Notes: generated by a model from the letters alone, not told the origin. A stretch of 64,000 nt of DNA from Synergistaceae bacterium (GCA_017451025.1 JAFSSM010000022.1:5420-69419); one strand, 5' to 3'. Shown: positions 16,674 through 25,777, numbered from the stretch's first letter. Numbers and translations are program-made.

Positions 16674-16745
16674 CCATTTAACTCTTTCCGCCCGGAACTT
16701 CCTTATTCCGGGCCTTATTCTTTCCATTATTAAGGAGGTTTCATC

Positions 16746-18149
16746 ATGGCATTCAGGCATGGTGTCTACAAATCCGAAGTCCCTACTTCATTAATCGCTC
16801 CCGCTCAGGGAGAATCAGGCTTACCCGTCATCGTCGGCACTGCTCCCGTCTTCATGACCGACAAGTCCAACGTCAACCAGCCCAAACTCTGCTACACTTA
16901 CGCCGAAGCTGTACGGTATTTCGGTTACAGCTCTGATTGGGAGAACTACACCCTCTGCGAGTTCATCTACTCCCAATTCGCACTCTTCGCTCAAGCTCCC
17001 TGCGTGTTAATCAATGTCTTCGACCCGGCCAAGCACTGCGAAACTCTCACTGACCAGACTTTCCTCGCGGTAAACGGCAAAGTCAATCTCGGCGTAAACA
17101 TCATTTCCGCAGAGACTGAATCAGGCCAGGCAGAAATCAATTATGACGATGACGGTTATGCGTTTGTGCCCTGCACTGCCGCCAACATGACATTCACCAA
17201 AATCGTCAAGGCTAAGCCCTCTATGGTTACCAGCGCCGAAGTTATCGGCGGAGTGAGCGGCACTACCGGCAAATACACAGGCCTCGAACTGGTCAACCAG
17301 GTTTTCCCGAAGTTCGGGCTTGTTCCTGGCTTAATCGGTGCTCCGAAGTTCAGCGAAAATTCCGGGGTGGCGGCGATTATGCGCGCAAAGGGAGACAACA
17401 TCAACGGCCTGTTCACGTGCTGCTCGGTTGTGGATATACCCAGCGGAGAAGGCGGAGCCAAAATTTACTCGGAGACCACAGAGTGGAAGAACCAGCATAA
17501 CTATGTGGCCGAACGTCAGATTGTGTGCTGGCCGAAGATAAGGCTTGACGATAAGACGTTCCACATGTCCACGCAGTTAATCGGCCTCATGAACAAGACG
17601 GACCATGAACACAGCGATATTCCCTACAAGTCGCCGTCTAACGAGATGCTGCAGATGGATTCGTGTGTGAACGAGGCGGGTGAAGAAATAGGCCTTGATT
17701 TATCACAAGCCAATTACCTGAACTCTCAGGGTATCGTTACGGCGGTAAACTTTATCGGCGGGTGGAGAGCCTGGGGAAACAGGACAGGGACATACCCCGC
17801 GAACTCTGACCCTAAAGACTGCTGGATAGCGGTGCGCAGAATGTTCGACTTCATCGGCAATCAGTGGATTTTGACCTTCTGGCAGAATGTGGACCAGCCG
17901 ATGACCCCGAGACTTATTCGTACGATCGTGAACACGTTCAATCTCTACCTGAACAGTTTAGCCGCGCGGGAAATGCTGTTAGGGGGCCGTGTTAAGTTCC
18001 TGGAGAGCGAGAACTTCAAGACTGACTTACTCAACGGCATTCTCAAGTTCCATATCTATATGACTCCGCCGATTCCTGTTGAGGTTATCGAGGGAATTTT
18101 GGAGTTTGATGTGGGCTACCTCGATGTGCTCTATAACGCTTTAAGGTGA
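16746..18149 (+). CDS. Tail sheath protein
   Basis: 467 aa. N-terminus MAFRHGVYKSEVPTSLIAP is typical of contractile sheath proteins. AGGAGG SD. Confidence 0.85.
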   Translation: MAFRHGVYKSEVPTSLIAPAQGESGLPVIVGTAPVFMTDKSNVNQPKLCYTYAEAVRYFGYSSDWENYTLCEFIYSQFALFAQAPCVLINVFDPAKHCETLTDQTFLAVNGKVNLGVNIISAETESGQAEINYDDDGYAFVPCTAANMTFTKIVKAKPSMVTSAEVIGGVSGTTGKYTGLELVNQVFPKFGLVPGLIGAPKFSENSGVAAIMRAKGDNINGLFTCCSVVDIPSGEGGAKIYSETTEWKNQHNYVAERQIVCWPKIRLDDKTFHMSTQLIGLMNKTDHEHSDIPYKSPSNEMLQMDSCVNEAGEEIGLDLSQANYLNSQGIVTAVNFIGGWRAWGNRTGTYPANSDPKDCWIAVRRMFDFIGNQWILTFWQNVDQPMTPRLIRTIVNTFNLYLNSLAAREMLLGGRVKFLESENFKTDLLNGILKFHIYMTPPIPVEVIEGILEFDVGYLDVLYNALR

Positions 18150-18227
18150 CATACTCCCCATGCCTAAAGGCAGGGGATTCTAGCATCTACAACATTGCCT
18201 GCCTAAACAGGTCTTATTATGTCTCCG

Positions 18228-18586
18228 CTACGAGCTGATGCCCCAACTCGATGTATAGTAAATATCCCCTACGTTATCCCGCTTCACGGTTACCTGCTTA
18301 ACCTTGCCGTTGATGCGGCGGCTCCGAAAATACCCGTACCATTTCTTCATCAGCTTTATTCTTCCGCGTGCCTCCTCCAGCTTCCCCCCCCGCTTGCCGC
18401 AATGTAAATGACTTGTTCATTGTTATCTTGCGGAATTTCGGCAGAGATGCCCGCTTCCCTCGCTTGCGACTGCGGAAACACCCCTCGTAAGCCCTCTAAA
18501 TGACCGCACAGTTCGTATTTGCGTATTCGTTCCCCGAACATTCGGTAATACCGCCGGTGCAGTGCAATGCAATGGTTACGCAACAT
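18228..18586 (-). pseudogene. Degenerate TnpB N-terminal-like relic, frame broken at a G8 (C8 on plus) tract
   Basis: ATG at 18586. After the homopolymer the +1 frame reads GRIKLMKKWYGYFRSRRINGKVKQVTVKRDNVGDIYYTS, resembling the TnpB WED-region pattern G-R-L-K-L-P-K-L-G...G-K-I-x-x-V-T-V-x-R. Confidence 0.35.
18384..18391. repeat. C8/G8 homopolymer interrupting the minus-strand ORF
   Basis: cttCCCCCCCCgctt. One extra G would fuse the two minus-strand frames. Confidence 0.9.
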
Positions 18587-18618
18587 TTTGCATTTTCTTT
18601 CCTCATTCCTAGTTTCAA

Positions 18619-18643
18619 TTTGGGATGAATTTATCTTATCACA
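18619..18643 (-). promoter_or_regulatory. Conserved 25-nt module, copy G (minus strand TGATAAGAT-N6-A-TCCCAAA), upstream of the tube gene
   Basis: Plus strand TTTGGGATGAATTTATCTTATCACA, followed by AAGGAG and the tube ATG at 18660. Confidence 0.4.
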
Positions 18644-18659
18644 AAAAAGGAGTCCACCA

Positions 18660-19181
18660 ATGAATATAGTCCCCGAAAAACTCACCAAGTTCCAAATCTA
18701 CAACGACGATAACGCTCTGCTCGGTATCGCCGACGGGAACTTCCCTTCCCTGGAGTTCCAGACTTCCGAAATTAAGGGAGCCGGACTCGTCGGCACAATC
18801 GACTCTCCCGGACGCGGCGGCTTCTCCTCTATCGTCGTTACCCTCAACTGGAGAATCACTACCCCCGAATTTATGGCACTCGCCGCCCCTAAAGGCCACA
18901 ACCTCGACATGTACGCTGAACACCTCTACATGGACGCTGGTGCAGGCGAATACGTCTCCAAACAGTTCCACATCTACATGCGCGCATTCACCAAGAAGCT
19001 CGACATGGGAGAACTGGCGGACATGGACAGCCAGGGCGCAAGCACCGAACACGAAGTGTATTACATCAAGGTCGAAATTGACGGCAAGGAGCACATCGAA
19101 ATCGACAAGTACAACTACATCTACAAGGTTGACGGCACTGATTACCTCGAAGATATGCGCCATGCCCTCGCTATGAACTAA
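18660..19181 (+). CDS. Tail tube protein
   Basis: Internal ATG at 18660 with AAGGAG SD. MNIVPEKLTKFQIYNDDNALLGIADGNFPSLEF... follows the sheath gene. Confidence 0.75.
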   Translation: MNIVPEKLTKFQIYNDDNALLGIADGNFPSLEFQTSEIKGAGLVGTIDSPGRGGFSSIVVTLNWRITTPEFMALAAPKGHNLDMYAEHLYMDAGAGEYVSKQFHIYMRAFTKKLDMGELADMDSQGASTEHEVYYIKVEIDGKEHIEIDKYNYIYKVDGTDYLEDMRHALAMN

Positions 19182-19195
19182 AGGAGGATTAAGCC

Positions 19196-19486
19196 ATGAT
19201 AATTAAGTTAAGCACTCCCTTGTCCTTCAAGGACTCGTCCGTCGATGAACTTGACCTCAGCCTCGAAAAATTAACCGGAAGGGATTTATTGGACGTTGAA
19301 GCAGGATTTAAGGCACGCGGCATTCAGACCGGTGCTTGGGACATGAGCAGGGCATTTTGCATTGCCCTTGCCGCCAAATCCTTCAATATGCCTCAGGAAG
19401 TTTTGGGCAATCTCCCGCTAAAAGACTTCTCACGCATCGTGAATGAGGTAATCACTTTTTTGGCGGAAACGGTCTCTGCGGATTAA
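19196..19486 (+). CDS. Tail assembly chaperone, short form (gpE/gpG analogue)
   Basis: 96 aa between the tube and tape-measure genes. AGGAGG SD. Confidence 0.7.
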   Translation: MIIKLSTPLSFKDSSVDELDLSLEKLTGRDLLDVEAGFKARGIQTGAWDMSRAFCIALAAKSFNMPQEVLGNLPLKDFSRIVNEVITFLAETVSAD

Positions 19487-19650
19487 CAGGGACCAAATTT
19501 CGCAATATCTTGATGAGCCTGGCACTCAGTGACACACACACAGGCATTGATTATTGGGAGAATCTGCCCGTGTGCGAACTTCGGGACTGGGTGTCGCTCA
19601 TCGAGGCTCACTACAAACAGCTTGAACGTGAACTGCGGAAAAGACGCTAA
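19196..19650 (+). CDS. Tail assembly chaperone, long form made by -1 frameshift (gpE+E'/gpGT analogue)
   Basis: The -1 frame is open from the slippery site to TAA at 19648-19650 and encodes ...GIDYWENLPVCELRDWVSLIEAHYKQLERELRKRR. Confidence 0.6.
19456..19462 (+). other. Slippery heptamer T_TTT_TTG for -1 programmed frameshift
   Basis: Zero-frame codons are ACT TTT TTG, which fits X_XXY_YYZ, 24 nt before the short-form stop. Confidence 0.6.
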
Positions 19651-19678
19651 GAGAACAGCCGCAAGGAGGTGAATATAC

Positions 19679-22357
19679 GTGAAAACTTTAGAACTGTTAT
19701 TTGCTGTCGATGTCGCCGTTTCAGGCGGAGGCTTCAAGAAACTCGAAGCTGTGCAGTCCCAATTCTCCAAGCTGCAGAGTGCAGGAGAAAAATTGCAGGC
19801 TCAGTCCTCGCAAATTTCTTCGTACCAGAAATTAACTGAAAGTGTGGAGACTGCGGCAACAAGGCTCCGTTCATTGCAGGATAACTACAGGGCAATGGAC
19901 GCAGGACTTCAGGCTTCAAGACAGAAGACCTCCCAATTGTCGCAGGAATACGACAAGGCTAAACAGCGCGTCCAGTCCTGGCAGGAAGTTTTGCCGAAAA
20001 ACAGCGTCCTTATGCAGACTGCTATCCGCCGCGAAAAGGAACTTGCACGTGCTTACAGGGACAGCCAGAAGGAAACTGCAAGGCTTGAACGCGAGCGCGA
20101 CAAGCTGTACCGTCAGGTAGGCCAGCAATCGGCCAAGTTAGACAGCGAGCAGGAAGCATTGCGCAGAATGGGCCAGGCAATGCGTGAAGCGGGCCTCGAC
20201 ACGGACAACCTCGCAGAACGCCAGGCCAAACTTGTGCAGGCTCAGGAGAGATTGGGCAGGGCACAGTCCCGTTATCAGGAATTACGGTCTCAATTGAGCT
20301 GGGACAATATCAGGGGGGATTTGTTCAAGTCCGCCGCCGCAGTTATGGCCTTCAAGAAACCGATTCAGGTCGACATGGACTTTGAGCAGGCTATGGCTAA
20401 TGTCCGTGCAGTCTCCCTCACGTCAGAACAGGAGTTCAACACTCTGCGCAACCAGGCAATACAGCTCGGAAGCACTACCCCGTTCACGGCAAGCCAGGCC
20501 GCCAAATCTCAGGAGAACTTGGCCCGCGCGGGCTTCACTGCCGAAGAGATTGTGCAGACTATGCCGGGACTGTTGAACATGGCCGCCGCCGAAGGCATGG
20601 ATTTATCCCAAGCCTCAGAGATTCTTGCGGGCGGTATGCGCGGTATGCAATTGCCCATGTCCGAAACTACACGGCTTGTCGATACCCTCGCGTACACCTC
20701 CGCTCACTCAAAGACAAACATTGCCAGTCTCGGCGAAGCATTCAAGAATGTTGCGGGCACTGCCTCACTGCTGAAGATTAAGCCCGAACAATTAGCAAGC
20801 TATCTCGGCGCAATGGCTAACATGAACGTTGAAGGCGGTGAAGCCGGTAATGCCTTGAAGTCGTCGTTTATGCGATTGTCGAAACCCCCGAAGGAAGCGT
20901 TGAACTTCCTGCGTAAGTACCGGATTGCGGTAAAGACATCGAACGGGCAGATGCGGGAACTGCCAGACATCTTGACGGAAATCTACAAGAAAACCGAGAA
21001 GCTAGGGTCTGCGGAACAGTTGAAGGTGTTTTCGGGGATATTCGGCAAGAATTACGGCGACAGCATGATTAAGCTGGCACTTGCCAGCGTGAACGGTTCA
21101 CAGGGGAAATTGGAATCGGAGCTGTTTACGCAGAAGGAAGGCACGGGTGCGCGGATGGCGGCAATCCGGAACGACACGCTTCAAGGGGATATTACGGCGT
21201 TAGGCAGTGCGTGGGAAGGTGTAATGATCCGAATAGGGAAAGCCATTGAGCCGATTAACCGGTTCTTCACGCAGAATTTGACGCTGGGACTTCAGATAAT
21301 CAATGAGTTCGTCGACAAAAACAGCACCCTGATAGATGCCGCATTGCAGGCAGGTTACGCGTTAGGCGGGTGGATGATTGTCAAGAAGGTCTACAGGTAC
21401 GGCAAATTGGGCTTCGATGCCCTCATGGCATGGCGTGAACTGAAACTTGCAGAGCATGCCGCAAGCCTGTTTACTATGGGGGAAAACGCCGCAGCCATTG
21501 CGTCAAATCTTGGTGCCGCCGCAACCGCAGGAAGCAATTTCCAATCATTGCTGGTTGCCCTTGCGGGACCGATTGGTGTAATCGTCGGGGCAAGTATCCT
21601 TATCGCCGCAAACTGGAAGGAAGTTACGGAGTGGTGCAGGAAGGCGGGAGAAGCCATACAGAACTTCGACACAGGCAAGATTTCCGCCGCAAAGGCAGGC
21701 ACCCTCAAACGGAGCGACCCTGATTACGGACTGGCCGTCATGAACTCCACGTACGCAATGCCCAGCCTTGAACCTCACGCTTTCGGCGGTATCCTCACAC
21801 AGCCGCATATCGGACTCGTCGCTGAAGCAGGACCCGAAGCAATCATCCCCCTCAAGAACAAATCACGGGGAATGCAGGTCCTCCAACAGGCCGCTAACAT
21901 TCTCGGCGTGAACGTCAGCACTAACCCCGTTCCCGGCATAGCATCGTCTTTCATCAACAGCTATTCGCCCGCCGCCAGTACAGCAACATCATCGTCTATA
22001 ACGGACTTCGTTTCATCCGCGAAGAGCAATGCATCATCAACATCCATTGCCGGCTTCATCTCACAGGCACGGAGCAGTGCTTTATCGTCAATCTCCAGCT
22101 TCATATCGCAGGCTAAAAACGAAGCCGCTGATTTTATTTCGAGAGCAGGTGATTTTATTGGACAAAGACTTACTTTTGCTGATTCTGAACATCACAATTC
22201 TAACTCTGCTGTTTTTGGAGAACAGGCACCGGTGGTGAATATTACCATCAACGCTTCCGGCCAAGAAAGCCAGTCTCTTGCGGAAAATATCGCCGAAAAG
22301 GTACGTGAAGTGCTTCGTGAAACGGCCAGCTATGAGGAGCGTGTTAGCTTTGCCTGA
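19679..22357 (+). CDS. Tail tape measure protein
   Basis: 892 aa, GTG start with AGGAGG SD. Coiled-coil N-terminus, Gly/Ala-rich hydrophobic centre, position after the chaperone. Confidence 0.85.
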   Translation: MKTLELLFAVDVAVSGGGFKKLEAVQSQFSKLQSAGEKLQAQSSQISSYQKLTESVETAATRLRSLQDNYRAMDAGLQASRQKTSQLSQEYDKAKQRVQSWQEVLPKNSVLMQTAIRREKELARAYRDSQKETARLERERDKLYRQVGQQSAKLDSEQEALRRMGQAMREAGLDTDNLAERQAKLVQAQERLGRAQSRYQELRSQLSWDNIRGDLFKSAAAVMAFKKPIQVDMDFEQAMANVRAVSLTSEQEFNTLRNQAIQLGSTTPFTASQAAKSQENLARAGFTAEEIVQTMPGLLNMAAAEGMDLSQASEILAGGMRGMQLPMSETTRLVDTLAYTSAHSKTNIASLGEAFKNVAGTASLLKIKPEQLASYLGAMANMNVEGGEAGNALKSSFMRLSKPPKEALNFLRKYRIAVKTSNGQMRELPDILTEIYKKTEKLGSAEQLKVFSGIFGKNYGDSMIKLALASVNGSQGKLESELFTQKEGTGARMAAIRNDTLQGDITALGSAWEGVMIRIGKAIEPINRFFTQNLTLGLQIINEFVDKNSTLIDAALQAGYALGGWMIVKKVYRYGKLGFDALMAWRELKLAEHAASLFTMGENAAAIASNLGAAATAGSNFQSLLVALAGPIGVIVGASILIAANWKEVTEWCRKAGEAIQNFDTGKISAAKAGTLKRSDPDYGLAVMNSTYAMPSLEPHAFGGILTQPHIGLVAEAGPEAIIPLKNKSRGMQVLQQAANILGVNVSTNPVPGIASSFINSYSPAASTATSSSITDFVSSAKSNASSTSIAGFISQARSSALSSISSFISQAKNEAADFISRAGDFIGQRLTFADSEHHNSNSAVFGEQAPVVNITINASGQESQSLAENIAEKVREVLRETASYEERVSFA

Positions 22358-22559
22358 GTACAGAACAATTCAGGGGGATAACTGGGACTTAATCGCCTAT
22401 CGTGTCTACGAAGGATTAGGCGGCGAAAAACTGACCAGTGCGTTAATCGACGCTAACCCTCAATACGTGTTAATGGTGGAATTTCCTGCGGGGTGCATTC
22501 TGGAAATTCCGGAAGTATATATCCCCGCCGCTAAGACTTTGCCCCCGTGGCTAAGATAG
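22350..22559 (+). CDS. Tail protein X (P2 gpX-like, LysM-type fold)
   Basis: YRTIQGDNWDLIAYRVYEGLGGEKLTSALIDANPQY...EIPEV. TTG at 22350 lies 10 nt after GAGGAG. Confidence 0.65.
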   Translation: MPEYRTIQGDNWDLIAYRVYEGLGGEKLTSALIDANPQYVLMVEFPAGCILEIPEVYIPAAKTLPPWLR

Positions 22560-22571
22560 GAGGATTTATTC

Positions 22572-22952
22572 ATGAACGATACTAAGAATTTCAGCGTTAA
22601 GGAGTTTGCCTGCCATCATTGCGGGCAGAACAAAATTGACCAGCGCGTTATCGACTTGTGCCAGAAAATACGCGATGAACTGGGCGTGCCGGTACGCGTC
22701 AACTCAGGCTACAGATGCCCGGCTCACAATGCCCGCGTCGGCGGCGTAAAGGGAAGCAGGCACGTGCTCGGACATGCCGCAGACCTCTCCAGTTCACGGA
22801 GCGGTATGTTAATGTTCGAGGCCGTCAAACGCCTGCAGGGAGAAGGCAGATTGCCGGAATTGGGTTACTGCATTCTCTACAAGACGAAGAATTTTATCCA
22901 CGTGGACATCGACAAGCGTCCAAGCGGCAGCATGTGGGAAGTGAGGCCATGA
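22572..22952 (+). CDS. Peptidase M15A-type cell-wall hydrolase (endolysin candidate)
   Basis: FSVKEFACHHCG...VNSGYRCPAHNARVGGVKGSRHVLGHAADL. Confidence 0.8.
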   Translation: MNDTKNFSVKEFACHHCGQNKIDQRVIDLCQKIRDELGVPVRVNSGYRCPAHNARVGGVKGSRHVLGHAADLSSSRSGMLMFEAVKRLQGEGRLPELGYCILYKTKNFIHVDIDKRPSGSMWEVRP

Positions 22953-23380
22953 CTTACGGCAATTACTTTTCCGGCGGAGTTGGACTGCTTGGTGCATTCT
23001 TGTCGTGGTACCTGGGAGTTTTGGACGGCACTGTGAAACTCCTGGTAGTTATGGCCGTGCTGGACCAGGTTTCGGGATTATTGAAAGCGTCAGTTCTGCG
23101 GAAATGGTCTAGTGAGGCAGGGTTTCACGGCATCGCCAAGAAAGTATTCATGTTTATGCTTGTGGGGATAGCCAATGTCATTGATAAGGAGATGCTCGGC
23201 GGAACTGATGTGCTGCGGGATGCTGTGAGCTTGTTCTACATTGCCAACGAGGGGATAAGCATAATCGAGAACGCTATAGAGAGCGGTGCACCGGTGCCCG
23301 AAGGCTTCAAGGAATGGTTTATTTCGTGGCGGAACAAGAAGTTAATCAGCCATAATGTGCCTGGCGACAGCGAGGATTAA
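22949..23380 (+). CDS. Holin (TcdE / phage holin_4-type, multi-TM)
   Basis: ATGA overlap with the endolysin. LLVVMAVLDQVSGLLKA...GIAKKVFMFMLVGIANVIDK...FYIANEGISIIEN. Confidence 0.75.
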   Translation: MTYGNYFSGGVGLLGAFLSWYLGVLDGTVKLLVVMAVLDQVSGLLKASVLRKWSSEAGFHGIAKKVFMFMLVGIANVIDKEMLGGTDVLRDAVSLFYIANEGISIIENAIESGAPVPEGFKEWFISWRNKKLISHNVPGDSED

Positions 23381-23448
23381 CGGGCCGCGAATATTCACAG
23401 CCTGCTCACCTCAACGGCACATACACGTATTTCTTCACCATTTTTGTT

Positions 23449-23473
23449 TTGGGGATGTGGTCATCATAACACA
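23449..23473 (-). promoter_or_regulatory. Conserved 25-nt module, copy F (minus strand TGTTATGAT-N6-A-TCCCCAA), with no minus-strand gene behind it
   Basis: Plus strand TTGGGGATGTGGTCATCATAACACA. It points into the holin 3' end. Confidence 0.4.
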
Positions 23474-24584
23474 GGCACGCTCTGCTATTATTAACATCGT
23501 CTATTCAGGCAAGGACATTTCCGAAGATTTAGCTCCTTACCTCACAGCATTTTCCTTCACTGACAACGCAAAGGACAAGTCCGACGACTTAAGCATTACC
23601 CTCCAGGATTCGAGGGGTGAATGGCTCAGAGACTGGACACCCCAGAAATCCGACACTATCACTGCCTCAATCATCAAGCAGGACGGCACTTCCACTCTTA
23701 GCCTCCCTTGCGGAACTTTCACCGTTGACCAGATAGATTATTCCCTCCCGCCACACACTCTGAGCATTAAGGCCGTAAGTTCCGCCGTGAACTCCACAAT
23801 TGCCCAGACCAAAAAGTCCAGACATTGGGAAAACGAAACACTAAGCTCCATTCTTGGCCGGATTGCCAGCGAGAATAACTTTGCACTCAGGCTTGAAGGC
23901 GAAGCAGGCCACGTGTTCGAACGCCTTGACCAGACCGAACAGACAGACCTCGATTTTGCGCGTGAAGTGTGTGCAGATTACGGCCTGGCAGTAAAAGTTC
24001 AGCCCGGCAAATTGTGGGTGTACAGCAAGGAGGATTTCGAGGCACAGGACAGTGCTTGCGAAATATGGAGCACCGACGACAGGCTGATTAGCGCACGGTT
24101 TTCGAGCAAGAGCGCCAAAGTCTACAAGAAGGCAAAAGTTGTGTACCATCATCCCGTCAAGGACGAAGAGTATGAAGGAGAATACGAGGACGAAGACGAA
24201 GAAGGGAGCGGGCGCGAGCTGTTAATCCATGAACGTGTGGAAAGCCAGGGCGAGGCAGAGAGCAAAGCGAAGGAACGCTTAATCGAAGCCAACAGGGCAG
24301 AAATCACGGGAAGCCTTGTTTTGGTAGGGGATGTGAGTTTGGCGGCGGGAATAATGGTAACGCTCGGAGGGTTTGGGATGTTCAGCGGCCGTCATTTCGT
24401 GAACAGGTGCACGCATAAGGCAGACGGCGGGGGGTTTACAACTACGCTTGAACTTGGCCAGCCCAAAGGAGAAAAGAACAAGGGCCGGAAATCGGCGCGC
24501 AAGAGTTCCAAGTCGAAGAGCAGGAGCGGGAACAAGGGAGTCAGCGGCGAGATATTCTACGAAGGGGAGAAATACTACAAGTGA
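23457..24584 (+). CDS. Tail/baseplate hub protein, late control gene D family (gpD-like)
   Basis: IINIVYSGKDISEDLAPYLTAFSFTDNAKDKSDDLSITLQD matches the gpD N-terminal pattern. Start uncertain: GTG at 23457 chosen, as there is no in-frame ATG/GTG/TTG downstream. Confidence 0.7.
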   Translation: MVIITQARSAIINIVYSGKDISEDLAPYLTAFSFTDNAKDKSDDLSITLQDSRGEWLRDWTPQKSDTITASIIKQDGTSTLSLPCGTFTVDQIDYSLPPHTLSIKAVSSAVNSTIAQTKKSRHWENETLSSILGRIASENNFALRLEGEAGHVFERLDQTEQTDLDFAREVCADYGLAVKVQPGKLWVYSKEDFEAQDSACEIWSTDDRLISARFSSKSAKVYKKAKVVYHHPVKDEEYEGEYEDEDEEGSGRELLIHERVESQGEAESKAKERLIEANRAEITGSLVLVGDVSLAAGIMVTLGGFGMFSGRHFVNRCTHKADGGGFTTTLELGQPKGEKNKGRKSARKSSKSKSRSGNKGVSGEIFYEGEKYYK

Positions 24585-24892
24585 ACGATTACGTCCTAAT
24601 CATCAACCCTGGCCGGATTAACTTTGCTCCGGATAACCTCTTAGAGGAAATTGTGCAGAACGTGAACACTATCTGTTCCACACCGAAATTCTCCGTCCCT
24701 ATGGACCGGGCTTTCGGAATTGATACATCCCTCCTCGATGAACCTATGAGCAAAGTTGCGGCCAAGTACAGGGCAGAAATTATCCAGGCAGTCCGGAAAT
24801 TTGAACCCCGTGCACGCATTTCCAGAGTGGAGTTTTACAGGGACGAAGAGGCTAAACAGTTCCGGCCTAAAGTCTGGCTCAGGCTTGCTTAG
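24581..24892 (+). CDS. Baseplate wedge protein, gp25/gpW family
   Basis: 103 aa. IVQNVNTICSTPKFSVPMDRAFGIDTSLLDEP...IIQAVRKFEPRARISRVEF. Confidence 0.75.
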   Translation: MNDYVLIINPGRINFAPDNLLEEIVQNVNTICSTPKFSVPMDRAFGIDTSLLDEPMSKVAAKYRAEIIQAVRKFEPRARISRVEFYRDEEAKQFRPKVWLRLA

Positions 24893-25386
24893 TTCAAATC
24901 TATTCTCGGTGCCTCCAGTTTGATGTGCACCCCCGCCTTAATCCTTACCTCGTTCAACGCCTCTATCTCAACGTCGTTTCCGGCCTTCACCTTCACGCCG
25001 TTATCTGTCTCTATCGTTATGTCCTTCACGCAATGAACGCTTAACGTACTTGAAGCACGGTCATACTGAATCATCGTACCGTCTGCGTAGGTGAGCGTGT
25101 GTGCATTGCCTGTCTGGAAGGGCGGCTCATTCTTGCCGTCATAGAAGCTCCCGAGAATCACTCCGAACTCGTCGCCCTGCCCGGACATTAAGCACACAAC
25201 ATGTTCGTCCACATCGACGTAATGCTCTGACTTGTCGGCGTGGGAGTTGGGGGTTAATAGCGGGAGCCAGTCCGAAATTTTGCCCGGTATGTCCGGGAAA
25301 AGGACACGTGCGGCGTGTTTTTCGGGCGAGAACTCGCAGACACGCCCTATCCTCATAACTGATGCGTATTCGTTATTCTGCCTCAT
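24889..25386 (-). CDS. Baseplate assembly protein V (spike), inverted relative to neighbours
   Basis: MRIGRVCEFSPEKHAARVLFPD...SDWLPLL... plus a C-terminal beta-helix-like repeat. Its stop overlaps the gp25-like stop (TTAG). Confidence 0.75.
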   Translation of the reverse strand: MRQNNEYASVMRIGRVCEFSPEKHAARVLFPDIPGKISDWLPLLTPNSHADKSEHYVDVDEHVVCLMSGQGDEFGVILGSFYDGKNEPPFQTGNAHTLTYADGTMIQYDRASSTLSVHCVKDITIETDNGVKVKAGNDVEIEALNEVRIKAGVHIKLEAPRIDLN

Positions 25387-25777
25387 CTTCGAGATACTCC
25401 TTAAGTTTCAGGTCTAACGCGGCGTGCATTACCGTACCGTTCGCGGCTATACGGGTGTACTTTTCGCCAAGACTCTCAATCACCCACAATCCCCCGCCCA
25501 TTACATCCCCGCCTAACGTGAAGGCTAATGCTTCGTGGGCATTCATGGCGGTATACAGGTCAGTTATGCACTCGCTGACATTAACCCCCTGTGATTCATC
25601 AAGCTCAATAGTGAGTGAGGCAGTTGATGCATTGAGGCCGGTAAATTCGAGTACTCCCTTTTTCCCGATAACCTTATGTTCTGCGTAGTTCACCGAATTG
25701 CTGAACGATAAGTCTGTGAAGTTTTTGACGTTTTGTTCGCTGACTTCGAATTCATATTCACCGAGTGAGCCTATCAT
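25373..25777 (-). CDS. Tail protein U (P2 gpU-like), inverted
   Basis: ATG at 25777 with AGGAGG SD. MIGSLGEYEFEVSEQNVKNFTDLSFSNSVNYAEHKVIGKKGVLEFTG...GGLWVIESLGEKY. Confidence 0.65.
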   Translation of the reverse strand: MIGSLGEYEFEVSEQNVKNFTDLSFSNSVNYAEHKVIGKKGVLEFTGLNASTASLTIELDESQGVNVSECITDLYTAMNAHEALAFTLGGDVMGGGLWVIESLGEKYTRIAANGTVMHAALDLKLKEYLEDEAE

